A stretch of DNA of 63,453 nt, counting the filler, from Octopus bimaculoides (lineage: Eukaryota): NCBI RefSeq assembly GCF_001194135.2. It is 6 parts of 6 records of this genome, joined end to end, with 100 filler letters (N's around TTAATTAATTAA, not from the genome) between each part and the next. Parts side by side here need not be neighbours in the genome. Positions count along the whole stretch, not along the records: positions 8,685 to 33,821 come from NC_068991.1; positions 33,922 to 55,169 come from NC_069004.1; 4 more parts are not named here. One strand, given 5' to 3'. Position 1 is the stretch's first letter; each line of letters begins with the position of its first letter. Under the pieces are notes generated by a model that did not search any database, was not told the origin of the DNA, and saw only the letters and a list, made by a program, of their open reading frames with translations. Of the stretch, positions 25,570 through 39,299 are shown one piece after another. A program made the position numbers and the translations under genes.

Positions 25570-27480
25570 TCAACAACATTTATGCTTTTAGTTCAGTACT
25601 GACTTTTCATCAATATATTTTGGGTAGAGGAAACAACTAGTTAAGTCCAAGTTCAAATTAAGTGACAGAGACCCTTGATGGTGGTAAGCCTTCACAGGTT
25701 GGAGATCGATGCTATTGAAATTTAGGCTGAACTTCAGAATGTTGATATTGAGATTATAAATTTGAACATTAGAGAGAGTTTCAGTCATAAGATGGACGGA
25801 TTTAAGATGTAGGTTGCAGGATGAGATATTACATGGATACCAAAATAAAGAGAAACAAGTGCATCAGGTGTGTTGGCTTCATAGTGTGTCAATTAAGGAG
25901 CAGGAACCATCTTAAAATGAGCAATAGAGACAGAGAAAGTGAGCTATAAGTTCTAGCAGGTTCTATGCTTCATTTGCAACTATAACAAAGGTGTAGTAAT
26001 ATGATGACTGAACACTTTATTATACATTACCTCAGTTCACATAACTTTCAAGGAGATTAGGAATTAGATTATCAGAAATTTGTTATAAATCAGCATCATA
26101 TCCAATGAAGATTTATCCTTTATTCTCTTTATAATAGAAAACAAAGTAAGCATTGGGCCTTAAAAAGTCCCCTTGAGATTTAACCACGAAGTAGCAATTG
26201 AATTTGATAGTTAAATGGATACGTCAATTTGTTGAGTCCTCATTTAAATTTTGAGTTACTATAACAGGATATAACCTCACCAAAAATATAGTGATGGCTG
26301 TTTACCAAAAATCAAAAAAAAATTATTCCAGATCTAGTCATTTGATTAATGGCACAAAGTTGACAGCACAACAATACATTATGGTTTATGAATAAAAATG
26401 TACTCATATCAATAAACAGTCTCACTGATGAGTTGATAAATAAAAAAACCAATCAATTTGATTCTTATCCCATGCAGCAAAAAAGACCCTCAGGGCCAAA
26501 TTTCCCTGCACAATGAAATCATCATAATTTAACCCTTTAGCATTTGCATTACTCTGTCAAATGTAATACTTATTTATTCATATTGTTTTCAATTAATCAT
26601 GCAGCATTATCCCATAGCCTCAAGATTTCAGTGATGTAATTGTTTAATTTTAGATGAGGTGTGAGAGCCTGGATTTGGTTTGAAGATAAAACTGGTAGAA
26701 TATTTAGGTGAGAAATGGCTAGTTTAAATGCTAAAGGGTTAATGCTTGCTTTTCGCATTGACATGGGCTGGGCAGTTCACCCACAGGAACATGTCTTGCT
26801 TGCAAGACTAAAGAGTTCTCATAACTAAGAGAGTGTTAGTAGAGACAATATTGGGAAAAGAGTAACTAAAAGGGAAATAGTATCAAGAGTTAGGTGGGTT
26901 GAGTAGGAGATTCAGGGATACTCAGTATTATATATGGATGACTAGTGGTGGACAGAGTAAAATAAAGATGGTAATGAAGAGCCAGAGGGTACCATCAAGG
27001 TAATATGTCCTAGAAGATGAACAGAAAAAGTAGTGACAAAAGAATCAAGAAGGGTAGGTAAAGAGTGTAAGAGAGTGAGTGATAGATTGAAATAAGCATG
27101 GAGGTAGTCAAACGTAAATAGGAATAGAAAGTAGTGAATGGTGAACAGGAGTGGGATGGCTACGGTGTTGATAAGAATGAGAGATGTGTCATTAGGAAGT
27201 GGTCAGGGGTGAGGAGTGATAACTGGCAGTACAGAAAGGATATTCATATATCTAATAATGGTTTCTGCATTCATTAATAACAGCAGTGGAATAATGCAGT
27301 ACACAGGAGATTGATGAGTGATAGGAAGATGAGGTAAAATGAAATACATATGGAGATGGCTGTCAACGTATTTATTCATTACTCTAGTAATTATCGAACC
27401 TGATTGTTTTATCACCTTAGGTTGTAGGCTTAAAACTGCCCAGTTAAACAACACCATGCGGTACTTGTGGGGAGGGATGT
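25570..27480 (-). mobile_element. Heavily decayed Penelope-like RT in two pieces (about 26750-27480 and 25570-25930)
   Basis: VIKQSGS..RVMNKY resembles IK.ADKG..VVM...Y, and NILKFSL resembles LKFT. Strongly purine-skewed. Many stops. Confidence 0.4.
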
Positions 27481-27839
27481 CTTTGTTAGAGTTTACAGAT
27501 CTTGTTAAATTTCTTCAAATCACACAAAGTATTTAAAATTTACACCAGTATATTTTCAAAAAACGTAGTTTTGTACACTGATGATGAAAATTGCATTAAG
27601 TTCAAGTAAAAGAAAATGTAATTTTTGTTATCAGCATGCAAACTACATTGGTATAGAAAATTTTTTTAAAATCTGGTGAAAATTTAAAATACATCATGCG
27701 ACTGGAAAAAATTTAACAAGATCTGAGTTAACTTTATTGCAAGTATTTGGACGGGTCTCCCCACTCCCTACTGATGCTTGCCCTCCACTCTTGAATCTGC
27801 ATTAGAGAACTTCATTCATTTTATATATCTAAATTGCTG

Positions 27840-28470
27840 ATTTATCATCATCCGGCAGTACTTATTACATGGATTGCCACAACTCATTCTTTCCAGTCTG
27901 CTCTGTCCGCCATCGCACATGGTAGGTCTTCTTGAGTGCACTCGGAGTCTTCACATAGTTGTTTTATGTAGGTTTGATGTGGTCTACCAATATGTGTAAT
28001 TATACTTCAGCTACCCAAGAAGAACGTTGCTGATAATCTCATCTTTTGCTCTCCAGCAATGTCTAGCAAATCTTGTTCTTTCTCTGATGATGTGTGATAC
28101 TGGTGGTAACACCAGTTGTCGCCAGATGTCCAGAGCAGCTTGAAGCATTCTTCTATAAGTTCCAATTTTCTTTTCAAGATGCTTTGTTAGAGTAGATGTT
28201 ACACATCCATATAACAAAACTGACTGCACAACTACCTGAAAGAAATTACGCTTCAAATTTAATGGAAGCTTAGGTATCCAGAGCATTGATAATTTAAAGT
28301 TGCTTGGATTCTGCCGATTCGGACTGCAATTTTACTTCCAAGTTATGTGAATTCATAAACATATTTTAAGGATTTTCCGGATACGGAGTTAATGTTGCTG
28401 CTCTGGTTGTACATCATACAGTCGGTCTTGTCCCAGTTGGTGAATAATTGTATGAAAAGCCATAGCTAAT
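27840..28470 (-). mobile_element. Decayed RTE/RTE-X-like LINE ORF2 C-terminus (distinct family)
   Basis: LPLNLKRNFFQVVVQSVLLYGCVTSTLTKHLEKKI..Y.RML.AAL...RFARHCWRAKDEIISNVLL. Confidence 0.8.
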
Positions 28471-29922
28471 ATTCTATTGTGCTTAAATCATTTTGAACTC
28501 ATGATATCCGAACTTAATGTACATGGATGGCACTAAATACTACGAAGTATTTATACTTGCAATTTAACGTTGTACAAAATATTACTTCATTTTATATACA
28601 TATATAGTCGCTAGTAATAAATCTCCCTCGATTTCAAGATCAATTTTGTTTGTTCAGGAAGAATTTAATGCACCTATGTCTGAAAAAGAAAACTAGAAGC
28701 ATCTTATCGGTGGTCGACACTGAACGTATTATCACTAACGATATGAAACGGAAACATCAGCTGTTGCTTTATTTAAGCGTCCACGTCAGCAAAAAGCACG
28801 TTTTACACACCTGTCAATCTTATTCGCTATGCTTAAAGACTATGTGTATTAGGGCATTTTGAACTGTTATTTAAAAGGTGAGCATTAATAAATTTAATAT
28901 AATTTACGAGAAATGAGACTCGATAAGTTTTTAATATTTCCACAAGAAATGAAGTAAAAGCAGATTATGAAAACTGTCATATGGGTGTATATGGGGTGGG
29001 CTAACACGAAATAAACATAATAGTTATCTCCCGTTGTATTTCAAAGCTTTGACAAAATTACAAAAAGAAAAAAAAAAAGCTCTAGGAAACTGACAGAAAT
29101 ACAAAATAATTCTGAAGAATAACTCACTTTTTACCTTCTGACTGTCTAACTCAGGACTATATTAAGTTAATGTAACCCACTAGAAGTTAATTAGTGACGT
29201 GTTAATATTGATTTCTAAAAAAAAAAAAAACAGTTTTAGGGTTTCATAAGTTATTGCAGGTTGTTTAGCCCCACGTCAACCCTGATCGAATAGATCAATG
29301 AATCACATATTCCAGCTGTGATCATCTCTTTTTTATGTGCGGAGAAACCAGATCCACATAATCTAATATATCCTTTCATAGATTGTCGAGTGTAATGAGG
29401 GAGATTTAGTTGCTATTTCTAGCAGATTGAGAACAACGTAAAGGCTCCCGCGTTAGCTGAATGCTATCAGATATTCTGTGAAGCATAACTGAAAGTGTAA
29501 CTTTCTCCCAAAAATTTGAAACGGTTCCAACTAGGTATCGACTTCTGTAATGTCCACATCCAGGCAATTATCACAATAAATATATCAACTTAGACTTAAA
29601 ATGATTACCATTCATAAATAACATTTCTAACTAAGGTATAAGATGGGAGACATGACTAAATATCAAATATCACAATAAATTTTGTCCGGTACTCTTCCGA
29701 TTCTACCATATACTTAATAAAAAGTATTTTTACAAATGGGTATACAGCTTTATATATATATATATATATATATACCAAAATTTGGTAAAAATATTGTATC
29801 TGTTATCAACGTAGCAAAATTCTCACATGTAAGGTTGTTAACCGTACAATTGTGTGCATATCAATTTAAATAAGAGCTAAAAGACGATCCATTGTAAAAA
29901 CTTTATTATGACCTGTGTGCAC

Positions 29923-29986
<64 letters not shown>

Positions 29987-30864
29987 TCATTCAAATTTTT
30001 ATTGGATACAGATACTTATCGAAAGAGCAGCTTTCAAAATTCCAAATCTATTGTTAAGAATAAATTTTATTTTAAACAAACGAAGTAAAACAATATCAAA
30101 AAGAACTTTTGGACAAGATTTCATAAAGGAAAACAATGTTTAATGTGGAAATTATGTATGAAAAATTACTCAAAGATGCTATCCACCCAAAGAATAACAG
30201 TTAAGTTAGAACCAAGACACTTTATACATTGAAGAAAATCATATTTTCATCTGATTTTAGCAAGTACGGGCGACAACTCCAAATATGTTTCGATGTTGTT
30301 AGACCATTTATACGTCGTTGTCAATGACATGTCTGAGACGAAATAAGGTATTGGTTACTTACAAAGAAAACAACAAAAGTCGATCATTTACACAAGTACA
30401 ATCATTTCATAAATGTCCAAATACGGATACTTTACTATATTTCTACTGTCAATAATTAAATGATTTCATATTTTATGAACATTCAGAGGTGTTAACGTAA
30501 CTGGATACAAAAATATACTTGTAGACTTCTAAAATTATCAACTTATCATTTCAAAATAAAAAGGAATATACTTTAAAAATCAAAACAAAACTAAAAAAAA
30601 AATGCTAGCAGGATAAAGCAGTGAGTCGTCGGAAATAATGTTAAAGATGAACATCTGAGAAAGCATGGAGATCAATGTGAATTAACTTTAGTGTCTCTAG
30701 TGAAGGCGAATGAGAGAAGATGATAAATAAATAAACCAGATAGTAGTTTAAAGGTAGTGAAAACGTCAAAGGAATATTACGAGATGATAAATTACATAGA
30801 AAATAATTTCATATGTTTTTATTGAAGAAATAAAATTAGCAGAGAAATTGAAACCATGTCTTAC

Positions 30865-31047
30865 TGCCAAATTTGTTTTCTGTCCGGGTGCCTCTGACAG
30901 CTCATATTCTCCAGTTACCAATAAATCCTTGTGAATTTCTTCTCGAAGACATTTTTTCTGGTTTGCAGGTAGATGAAACATTAAGCTGTATACATCTGGA
31001 ACAAGGAACATAAGCAGAAATGCAAAGAGATACGAATAAAACTCCAT
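30865..31047 (-). CDS. TMED10: TMED10 coding exon 1 (signal peptide and GOLD start)
   Basis: ATG at 31047. [21 protein letters not shown] then [40 protein letters not shown]|GTAAGA. 183 nt, phase 0; [15 protein letters not shown] is the p24-delta motif. Confidence 0.97.
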
Positions 31048-31430
31048 AGTTCGCCTTCTCCAATCCGTGGAATACTGGAGACACGCCGCTGCTAACGTGG
31101 CATTCGGCAAAAATCGGAAATATCCGGCAAGCTTTAAATACGAGTTCGCTCGATTCCGTAGCACAATTCAACGCCGAACACAGCATTCGTACGTTTTCTA
31201 TGTATTCACTTCTTAATATGTGAAAGCCGGTTCGAAAATAACATGCATTTTATTTCAGCCTATTGACTGAAATTATAATCAATTAATTAATCCTTATTTA
31301 ATTCTTATTTTTGAGAAAAATATTTTAAAAGTTTCTTCAAAATAATTTTCAGACTATATATTTTTAATCATATTTACTGCTGTATGACCATACGTTCATA
31401 TGGCGATATCCGCTGGAAGGTTAGTCAATA
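31048..31430. promoter_or_regulatory. TMED10 5' UTR/promoter, locally CpG-rich, possibly bidirectional
   Basis: CpG-enriched island at 31050-31240 in AT-rich DNA; + strand donor GAAG|GTTAGT at 31419/31420. Confidence 0.55.
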
Positions 31431-31952
31431 ACAAATGTTGAATTTTATTGGCATTTATTATTAATTTTATCTTATTTTGATTAGATATTCTTCATATTGA
31501 ATTTATCATTGATGGATTACATATTTTAAATAACTTGTGACCATCTGTATATCTTTCAACTTCAACGCCCTTCTTGATTAAGTCCTTGAGAAATGTTTCT
31601 TCTAACTTTCATTCAAAACTTTATGAACTTGGGAACCAAACAACATTTCTTGTTTTATTCTCAGAGCAGAACCAATACCAAAAACTTTCTAACCGTAACC
31701 ACACTAAACTCTGCAGCATTCTTCCGGATCCCCTATTTGTCTGCCTGTTTTCGAATGTTAATGTAACCCACATTATATCATCACTTTATTTTACCTAAAA
31801 ATCAGTTATATATTTTATCCCTTTCATTGTTTTTACACTAGTATAATACTCGAGTAAACCCTCTAATCGTAATTTTAACAACTTATTTTTATATGTTATT
31901 GCTGAATTTAATGTGTATTTAAAAAATTAGTGGGTATAGGAATTATTACTTT

Positions 31953-31980
31953 ACTAGCTGGACCCGTGAAAAATTCACGG
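31953..31980 (-). mobile_element. Helitron/HINE-type 3' terminus
   Basis: On -: CCGTGAA-TTT-TTCACGG hairpin, then GTCCAG, CTAG, T. Confidence 0.45.
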
Positions 31981-32014
31981 AAAACAAAAAATGTAAGCAT
32001 CTGTAAACAGTGTA

Positions 32015-32190
32015 CTGATGCCATGAAAATGTTTGCATATTATGACCGTCTGTCTTTACGTTCTGAGTTCAAATTCTGCCGAGGTCGACTTTACCTTTCG
32101 TCCTTTCGGGGTCGATAAATTAAGTACCAATTGTGTACTGGGGTTGATCTAATCAACTGGCTCCCTCCCCACAAACATTTCAGGCCTAGA
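32015..32190 (+). mobile_element. Nin-like SINE, degenerate
   Basis: TTCTGAGTTCAAATTCTGCCGAGGTCGACTTTACCTTTCGTCCTTTCGGGGTCGATAAATTAAGTACC. Confidence 0.8.
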
Positions 32191-33217
32191 AAAGTATATT
32201 GTAACAGTTACAGAATATAGAAATTAATGTAACACCAATGACTATATAATCCAACCAAAATATCTCAGTTACACAAAACGAAAACGGAATTACAATTTAG
32301 CCTTAAAATACATCGTACATATTCAAAGAACCTGGTTTAGTGGTGCGGAACGTTTTTCTGGTATTCTTTTCTTCTTTTACTTGTTTCGGTCATTTGACGG
32401 TGGCCATGCTGGAGCACCACCCTTTAGTCGAAGAAATTGACCCCTGGACTTATTCCCTGTAAGCCTGGTGCTTATTCTATCAGTCTCTTCTGCTAAACAG
32501 CTAAATTACAGGGACGCAAACGCACCAACACACACACACACCAGGTATCCACAGTTTTTGGTTTATCACATTCTACTCGTAAAGTATTGTTCAACGCCTT
32601 CCTAGCATTGATTTTCTGACTCAGAACTGAATTTTTGCTCCAGTTAGTTTCAATAATGTAACGTAGAAGTTGTACAATTTCCATTGAAAAGAAGCAACCC
32701 CAGACATACCTTCATCACTACTATTTAAAAGTTTTGTAAGACCCCCAAAAATTACTGTTATTTTGCCTAATTACAATAATTACACACTCCTCTAAAACCC
32801 ACCAGTAGGCAGAGATCCAACATTTAAAATATATCAGTAAAATGATATTGTTTTTTTAATCCTTACTATTCACTAACAAAAGCATTCATGCAATATCAAC
32901 TCTGTGATAATTCCATTTCTTGTTTAGAATCAATAAATCCTGGTATCATTTATATAGCTGATATGTGCAATGGGCACTAAAATATCACTCTTTTTTTTTA
33001 TCGAATTAAATCATTACCAGATAAATGATAATGAACAAATTATTAATCAATATCAGCAACTTCTAAGTCACTGTTTGAATTGTAATTTAAAATTTGGTGA
33101 CAGTTACACATATTTTGTGATATAGAATTTTAAGAGGGAAAATTGAATAAAGTAACTCCATGAATCTTCTACTTGCTAAGCAAATACAAATTCCAAAATA
33201 CCTTTCTTTATTTACAG

Positions 33218-33269
33218 GAAAATCCATGCTGTTTTGATTTGAAATGCATCAATTTGTTAAAAGTGGAAA
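33218..33269 (+). other. Candidate 52-nt exon (5' UTR or first coding exon of a + strand transcript)
   Basis: Strong acceptor CTTTCTTTATTTACAG| and donor AAA|GTAAGT; possible MHQFVKSGK start. Confidence 0.35.
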
Positions 33270-34279
33270 GTAAGTATAATATTTTTTTTTGTATTGTTGT
33301 ATTGAGCATTGTAGAATAAGAGGTAATCAGGTAACCACAGACTGTAACCTAGTTTTAAGTTGAAATCATCTCACTTTTCTAATTTTCATGTCATTCTGCA
33401 ATGCATTAAATACCACAAATGTTCATTTTCCTTCCTGTATAACTTGGATTATACTTGTGTTCTTTATTTAAAAGAAGTCAATATTTTTTTTACAGAAAAA
33501 GTATTTCTAATTTAACTTGATATTGGGCAAAACCTGAGAAAATATACTTAAGCTATTGTCATTATGCATCATACATTGGTTTATGTGTTGCTTTAGATTA
33601 TTAAAAAAAAATCACCTGTAGGTGTGTTTAAGGAGCTTATTTCCCAACCATGTGGTTTGGGGTTCAGTCCCACTGTGCAGTACTTTGTGCATGCATCTTT
33701 TACTGTAGGCTAAGGCTTGTGAGTGGATCTGGTCAACAGAAACTGAAAGCAGCCTGTCTATATATATATATATATATAGCCACTTGGCTGAAACACATAA
33801 ATAAATAAATATATATATATANNNNNNNNNNNNNNNNNNNNNNNNNNNNNNNNNNNNNNNNNNNNTTAATTAATTAANNNNNNNNNNNNNNNNNNNNNNN
33901 NNNNNNNNNNNNNNNNNNNNNATATATATATATATATATATATATAGATATATATACATACACACATACATATATATATGCTTATATATACATATATATA
34001 CATACACACACACACGTATAGGTTACATAAATATATAGACATATATACATATACGTATATATATATAGATATATATATAGATATAGATGCACATGTATAT
34101 ACAGTTATCTATATTAAAATATATATCAATATATATATATATATATATATACATATACACGCAAACACATGTAAGACAAAGAACTTTGAAACGTATAATT
34201 ATATACGTCAAATCGACCGGTCTTTCTAACGTAATATCATATTTTATGTTTCGTATGCGTTTGTGTATGTATGTGACTG

Positions 34280-34310
<31 letters not shown>

Positions 34311-34360
34311 NNNNNNNNNNNNNNNNNNNNNNNNNNNNNNNNNNNNNNNNNNNNNNNNNN

Positions 34361-34414
<54 letters not shown>

Positions 34415-35348
34415 TATGTGTCTGGGCTGTGTGTGTCTATATATTTGTGTGATTTAAATATCTATACGTGTGTCTGTATATGTTTCTGAATGCTGTTTAT
34501 GCATGATTTTTTTTCTACTTACATCATTGCAAACCTGTACCGTTCACATACTATGTGCATGTGCATGTGCATGTTTGTGTGTGAGTGTGTGCGTGTGTGT
34601 GCGCGTATGTGTGTGTCTATAAGCATGTATATATTTCTAAGTGTATGTATATATATGTATTCCATATATACACAGACATAGAATGCAAAGAACATACAGT
34701 ATACCACATTATACATTGGTTGCCTAATCAAATTATGTATGGAAGACCGAAAATGTAGGAAATAATCCAAAACAAAAAGACACAGCGCTAAAAAGAAACT
34801 TGGTGAATAGCGTTGTACTTTTCTTTCGTAATATGATATGGCCGGTTTGTCACGTGATATTTTTCTTGATATCATTCTTCAACTGAATCATTAATTTCGG
34901 ATTAATACTAATTAGGTTCCTATTTCTTCTGTTCTTTCTTTGGTTCTTTCTTTCATTCATTCTTCTTTCCTTTTCTTGGTTTGCTTGCTTCTTTGTTTGT
35001 TTGTTTGTTTGTTTGTTTGTTTGTTTGTTTCTTTCTTTCTTTCTTTCTTTCTTCCTCCATCCCTTCCTTCACCCCATTTCTTTCTGTCATTCTTCTTGAT
35101 TTATTTTGACTTTTAATTTGATGATAGAAATGTAAAGATGCTGAAATAGAGACAAATGTCTTTGCTAGTAGCGTCTTCCATCATTTTCTGCACTTGCTTT
35201 ATTTTCTTTTAATCTGGAAAAATATACTCACACAACCCCATGCAATATATTACATAAGCTTATACACACACTGAAGCACGCATATGAGTGTATATATGAA
35301 TATTTATATATATGTATATGTATATATGTATATATGTATGTATATACA

Positions 35349-35396
<48 letters not shown>

Positions 35397-35858
35397 NNNN
35401 NNNNNNNNNNNNNNNNNNNNNNNNNNNNNNNNNNNNNNNNNNNNNNNNNNNNNNNNNNNNNNNNNNNNNNNNNNNNNNNNNNNNNNNNNNNNNNNNNNNN
35501 NNNNNNNNNNNNNNNNNNNNNNNNNNNNNNNNNNNNNNNNNNNNNNNNNNNNNNNNNNNNNNNNNNNNNNNNNNNNNNNNNNNNNNNNNNNNNNNNNNNN
35601 NNNNNNNNNNNNNNNNNNNNNNNNNNNNNNNNNNNNNNNNNNNNNNNNNNNNNNNNNNNNNNNNNNNNNNNTATATATATGAATCATGTACTGCATACAT
35701 AAGTATATGGCGTTTACTTTAGAGATACGCATCTCCAGTATAGTAATTATCGAGATCACTATATTATTACAAATCTCATGTACAGTATTATTGTTCTTTT
35801 TCTGTTCCGTAATACAAATTATATCTATATATCTTAGCCAGCACTCTCTGCAATGGAC

Positions 35859-36015
35859 TTGTTACTTCCGCCTTAGCCGTGTTTGTCTGTGGACAAAATA
35901 TCTCAAGAACAGTCGGATGGATTCGGACGAATCTTTCAGGGATGTTTGGCCTTGTGACTGGCAGGAAATGAGTAGATTTGGGGATCGATCTGTTACCTGA
36001 CAAGGATTCTGGATT
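35859..36015 (+). mobile_element. DINE-1/Helentron-like non-autonomous element remnant
   Basis: TTGTTACTTCCGCC start, GTCTG unit, then CAAAATATCTCAAG...GGATGGATTCGG. Confidence 0.4.
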
Positions 36016-37522
36016 ATTTTTCCTGTGTTTTTTTTTTACTTAATATTTCAGAGCAGTCGGCTTCATTTTTAGTATTCTCGTTTGCGAGATCAGTCGAGAC
36101 ATGTAGATAGACAGATAGACAGGTAGATAGATAAATCGATAGATAGATAGGTAGATAGATAGACAGATAGAGATAGATAGATGGATAGATAGACAGACAG
36201 ACAGACAGATAGGTAGACAGATAGATGAAGAGATAGATCGATAAACAGACAGGTAGATAAATAGACGGGTAAATAGAGAGATAGATAGATAAACAGAGAC
36301 AGACAGGCAGACAGGCAGACAGGCAGATAGATTGATGTGTGTTATAATTAAGGTCCTTAGTTGGCATAGATAGTTCAATATTAAGAAAACTGAATGAAGA
36401 AATAAAAAAAACAATTATTTAATGAACAAATTAAAAAAAAACACAATCAGATCGAGTTAAAACAGAAGAAAAAAACTGTTTAAAGATAAGTTTTAAAGAA
36501 TTATGGATTATTCGATTTTTTTATTTCTTTATGTATGACTGTTTTTTTTATTTCTAAATTCCATTAGCAATATCTNNNNNNNNNNNNNNNNNNNNNNNNN
36601 NNNNNNNNNNNNNNNNNNNNNNNNNNNNNNNNNNNNNNNNNNNNNNNNNNNNNNNNNNNNNNNNNNNNNNNNNNNNNNNNNNNNNNNNNNNNNNNNNNNN
36701 NNNNNNNNNNNNNNNNNNNNNNNNNNNNNNNNNNNNNNNNNNNNNNNNNNNNNNNNNNNNNNNNNNNNNNNNNNNNNNNNNNNNNNNNNNNNNNNNNNNN
36801 NNNNNNNNNNNNNNNNNNNNNNNNNNNNNNNNNNNNNNNNNNNNNNNNNNNNNNNNNNNNNNNNNNNNNNNNNNNNNNNNNNNNNNNNNNNNNNNNNNNN
36901 NNNNNNNNNNNNNNNNNNNNNNNNNNNNNNNNNNNNNNNNNNNNNNNNNNNNNNNNNNNNNNNNNNNNNNNNNNNNNNNNNNNNNNNNNNNNNNNNNNNN
37001 NNNNNNNNNNNNNNNNNNNNNNNNNNNNNNNNNNNNNNNNNNNNNNNNNNNNNNNNNNNNNNNNNNNNNNNNNNNNNNNNNNNNNNNNNNNNNNNNNNNN
37101 NNNNNNNNNNNNNNNNNNNNNNNNNNNNNNNNNNNNNNNNNNNNNNNNNNNNNNNNNNNNNNNNNNNNNNNNNNNNNNNNNNNNNNNNNNNNNNNNNNNN
37201 NNNNNNNNNNNNNNNNNNNNNNNNNNNNNNNNNNNNNNNNNNNNNNNNNNNNNNNNNNNNNNNNNNNNAAAAGACGAAGAAAGGTGAGGAAGCAACGAGC
37301 GGGTGTATTAGTTTTGGTGCTCGGGAGGTATGCGAAATGAAAACATTTATTTCACCACGTGACAACCTCAGGATTACAGCCGTCTCATGGTCTTCTGTAC
37401 CGTTTTAATGTGCAGTAAAATTATGTGTACATGTTTCCTGCTAGATTCAAGGTGGCGCATATTAACAAACACCGGTTGTCTGGCGGGTGGAGGCAGACAA
37501 CAAACAAACACAAAGTGAAATC

Positions 37523-37562
<40 letters not shown>

Positions 37563-38651
37563 GCTTCCGCACAGTTCACAAAGCATTGGACGGCTTGGGT
37601 CCGTAGAATGAGATACTTCGCGATGGTAACTGAAGTGGAAACTGCTCTGACTGAAGTAGAAACCATCTGGTTGCAGAGCGCGCTTCATAACCACACAGCA
37701 ATGTCTGTGTCTAGATTAACTGTAAATGGATACTTCATAACATGACAGTTAACTAAAGCTTCATATATCACATGTAAGTATTTACTATATTCCATATATC
37801 ACATCTAATTATTAACTAAAACTGATGGAATGCAGAAGTCTTAAACATAAGCCAGAATATTAGATCTAATTATTAACTGTAACAAGATATATTCGAACTA
37901 GAAATTGACTTTAACTAGATACACCCATTCAAAGTATTAACAATAAGTATGTCAAATAATTAGCAACCATACTACAGCGTATTACTGTTAAGTATTTATT
38001 ATAACCAGAGGTAAGGACGGTGAGAGTCAGAATCGTTAGAGCGTCGGACGAAATACCTAGCAACATTGCTTTATGTTATGTAATGAGTTCAGATATTTTT
38101 CAAGTCAATTTTGTCTTTCATCCATTAGAGTCGGTAAACAAAATTACCAACCGAATATTTGGGTCGATGACATCGATTAGCCTCCCCACACTTCTTTCAA
38201 AACTATCGGTTTTTAGTTTTGGATAAGGGAATCTGAGAATAACATAGGCTCAGTCATGGCTGTCAGGTAACAAGTTGGCTTCCCAACCACAGGGTTCCGG
38301 ATTCAGTCCCACTGCGTGGCACTCGGGGCAAGTGACATCTACAATAGCCTCAGGTCGACCGAAGCCTTCTGAGTGGATTTGGTTGACAGAAGATGAAAGA
38401 GGCCCGTCGTGCGAAACCACGATGACATTTTGGTCATTGACTAACGAGGAAAATTCTGTGTATCGTGTTCCTTTTCTATATTCCCCGTCTGTTAAGTTTT
38501 CGTCTTGTTTCCTATTTGTTTTGCTTACGTCTAACTTTTTCTCCTTGTTGTATTCTGTCTGTTCAATCATTGATATATATATATATATATATATAATTAC
38601 TTAAAACACACACACACACACACAGACACATACATATATAGATATAGATAT

Positions 38652-38783
38652 ATATATTTTACTTATTTATAATTACATTATATATTCTTTACATATACAT
38701 ATATAGATATAGATATATATGTTTGTGTGTATATATATATATGTAAAGAATATATAATGTAATTATAAATAAGTAAAATATAT
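38652..38783. repeat. Perfect 46-bp inverted repeat with 40-nt spacer
   Basis: 38652-38697 is the exact reverse complement of 38738-38783. Confidence 0.9.
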
Positions 38784-39007
38784 GTGTATTATATCTTACC
38801 ATGCTTCACTGCATTTGACCGTTGACTGGACACTATTCAATTTTTTTTCTCCGTGTTTTTCTCCTTGTCTCCCTATTCTTTCTGTTGAAGAGCGTAGCTC
38901 GAAACGTCAAAGACTTTCAGTATTCCCGAGCGTCATACTAATACATCCTTTTGTTATTTACACCACCTGTCCTCGTCTGTTGTTGTTTTTTCGTATATTC
39001 TCCCATA
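38784..39007 (+). mobile_element. Penelope-like terminal-repeat element
   Basis: TGAAGAGCGTAGCTCGAAACGT motif, of the TGA-GA...GAAAC type. Confidence 0.5.
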
Positions 39008-39299
39008 TATATATATATATATATATATAATCTACTACTTTCAGCAGTTGGGTGTAGTTGTATTTAATACATACATGTAATAAATCATGTTACAATTAAT
39101 AATTAACTCTTAGACAAAATGCATTAATTATACCGAATACATAAATGTAAATTCCTCCTTTATATTTAATACATCGATCACGTATATCTTGCTATAATTA
39201 ATACTTAACTGCAATATGTAACATAATATTTAACTGCAATACATAACATTTGGTTTAATACTTAAATCTGATATAACAGGTCGTATTTAAATGCTTAAG

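Noticed and set aside
31048-31164. 39-aa N-terminal extension of TMED10
   Set aside because: Starts at GTG; the ATG at 31047 already gives a normal signal peptide.
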